A stretch of DNA of 32,000 nt, taken from positions 3,826,581 through 3,858,580 of the forward strand of contig NC_016803.1 in assembly GCF_000189295.2 (NCBI RefSeq), in the 5' to 3' direction. Position 1 is the stretch's first letter. Each line of letters opens with the position of its first letter. A program made the position numbers and the translations under genes. Below are positions 31,515 through 32,000 of this stretch, in pieces. Source of the stretch: Pseudodesulfovibrio mercurii. Lineage in GTDB: Bacteria; Desulfobacterota; Desulfovibrionia; Desulfovibrionales; Desulfovibrionaceae. The notes beneath the pieces were generated by a model. It was not told the DNA's origin and ran no database searches. It worked only from the letters and a program-made list of their open reading frames with translations.

Positions 31515-32000
31515 TTAATTTTCCATAGACTGGGATTTTCTCCCGTTGCCGAGAGCCCCCGTCCTTCTTGACGTTTCGGTTACGGTGTTTTTTTTGCCTT
31601 TTAATCCGACTTGTTGCACCTGTTCCTAACGGACCGATCCCCGGCAGCCCTTGTCCCTCGGGGCTTTTGCGGGATATTGGTGTTACGGATTTGGACGGCG
31701 GCTTTGTATAGGAATGATTGTTGCTTTTATATCATCATTGTTTTCAATGTGTTGCGCTCATCCATACCGATTATCTCCCGGTTTCGTAGGGAACAGGATG
31801 TCACAAATAAAAAATGAAGGGCAAGAAAAAGAGTGTAAGGCTGTCTAATCCGATGAAATGTGGATTTCTTACTGTTGAAAAGTTTTTCCACAGCTGTTGA
31901 AACTCTTGCTCTCTAGAAAAAATTGAGACCGTGAAAACCCTTGTTACACCGGTGTTTCATACTGACCCGGCTGAAAACGTCGGCGCACTGTGGGTTTTAT

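Noticed and set aside
31611-31848. Two overlapping small ORFs (68 and 65 aa) in the AT-rich tail
   Set aside because: No RBS, odd Cys/Phe/Ile-rich composition, overlapping frames and no recognisable family. They are most likely chance ORFs in AT-rich DNA.

Overview
GC-rich bacterial chromosomal window. The gene content suggests a Desulfovibrionaceae-type sulfate reducer: alternative siroheme-dependent heme pathway genes, a polar-flagellum locus and thyX. I support about 29 protein genes and found no rRNA, tRNA, CRISPR array, transposase or integrase.

Layout:
- 2-1633: 5'-truncated P5C dehydrogenase.
- 1755-1868: one copy of a GC-rich palindromic intergenic repeat.
- 2148-9358 (+): a very tightly spaced gene array. 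It encodes a TetR regulator, a long SulP/STAS anion transporter, a receiver fused to a cytidylate-kinase-like domain, a Cache-type histidine kinase, a receiver, an HK-like protein lacking all ATP-binding boxes, and another receiver.
- 9432-30054: an unbroken run of minus-strand genes. In coordinate order these are GNAT, ABC-F/Uup, rpe, a small membrane protein, ahbA/B-like, radical SAM (AhbD-like), hemB, radical SAM (AhbC-like), an OmpA-type lipoprotein, a small helical protein, a zinc-ribbon/Yip1 membrane protein, two glycosyltransferases, fliS, fliD, flagellin with a near-consensus sigma-28 promoter, a CgeB-like glycosyltransferase, a membrane-anchored protein and a Zn-phospholipase-C-like protein.
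- 30141-31514 (+): a degenerate shikimate-kinase-like P-loop protein and thyX.
- 31515-32000: an abrupt AT-rich non-coding stretch.

Most second-look-worthy items:
1. The candidate His-Asp-His-Asp phosphorelay built around a ChpT/Spo0B-like ATP-site-less HK homolog.
2. A MITE/REP-like repeat family. An inverted pair of copies exactly fills the ahbD to ahbA/B intergenic gap and appears to supply the downstream Shine-Dalgarno.
3. The flagellin locus with three glycosyltransferases and an extended FliS.
4. The AT-rich end of the window with DnaA-box-like and iterated motifs.

All functional calls come from motif recognition by eye; no database search was run. The many long ORFs antisense to these genes are high-GC shadow ORFs and were rejected.
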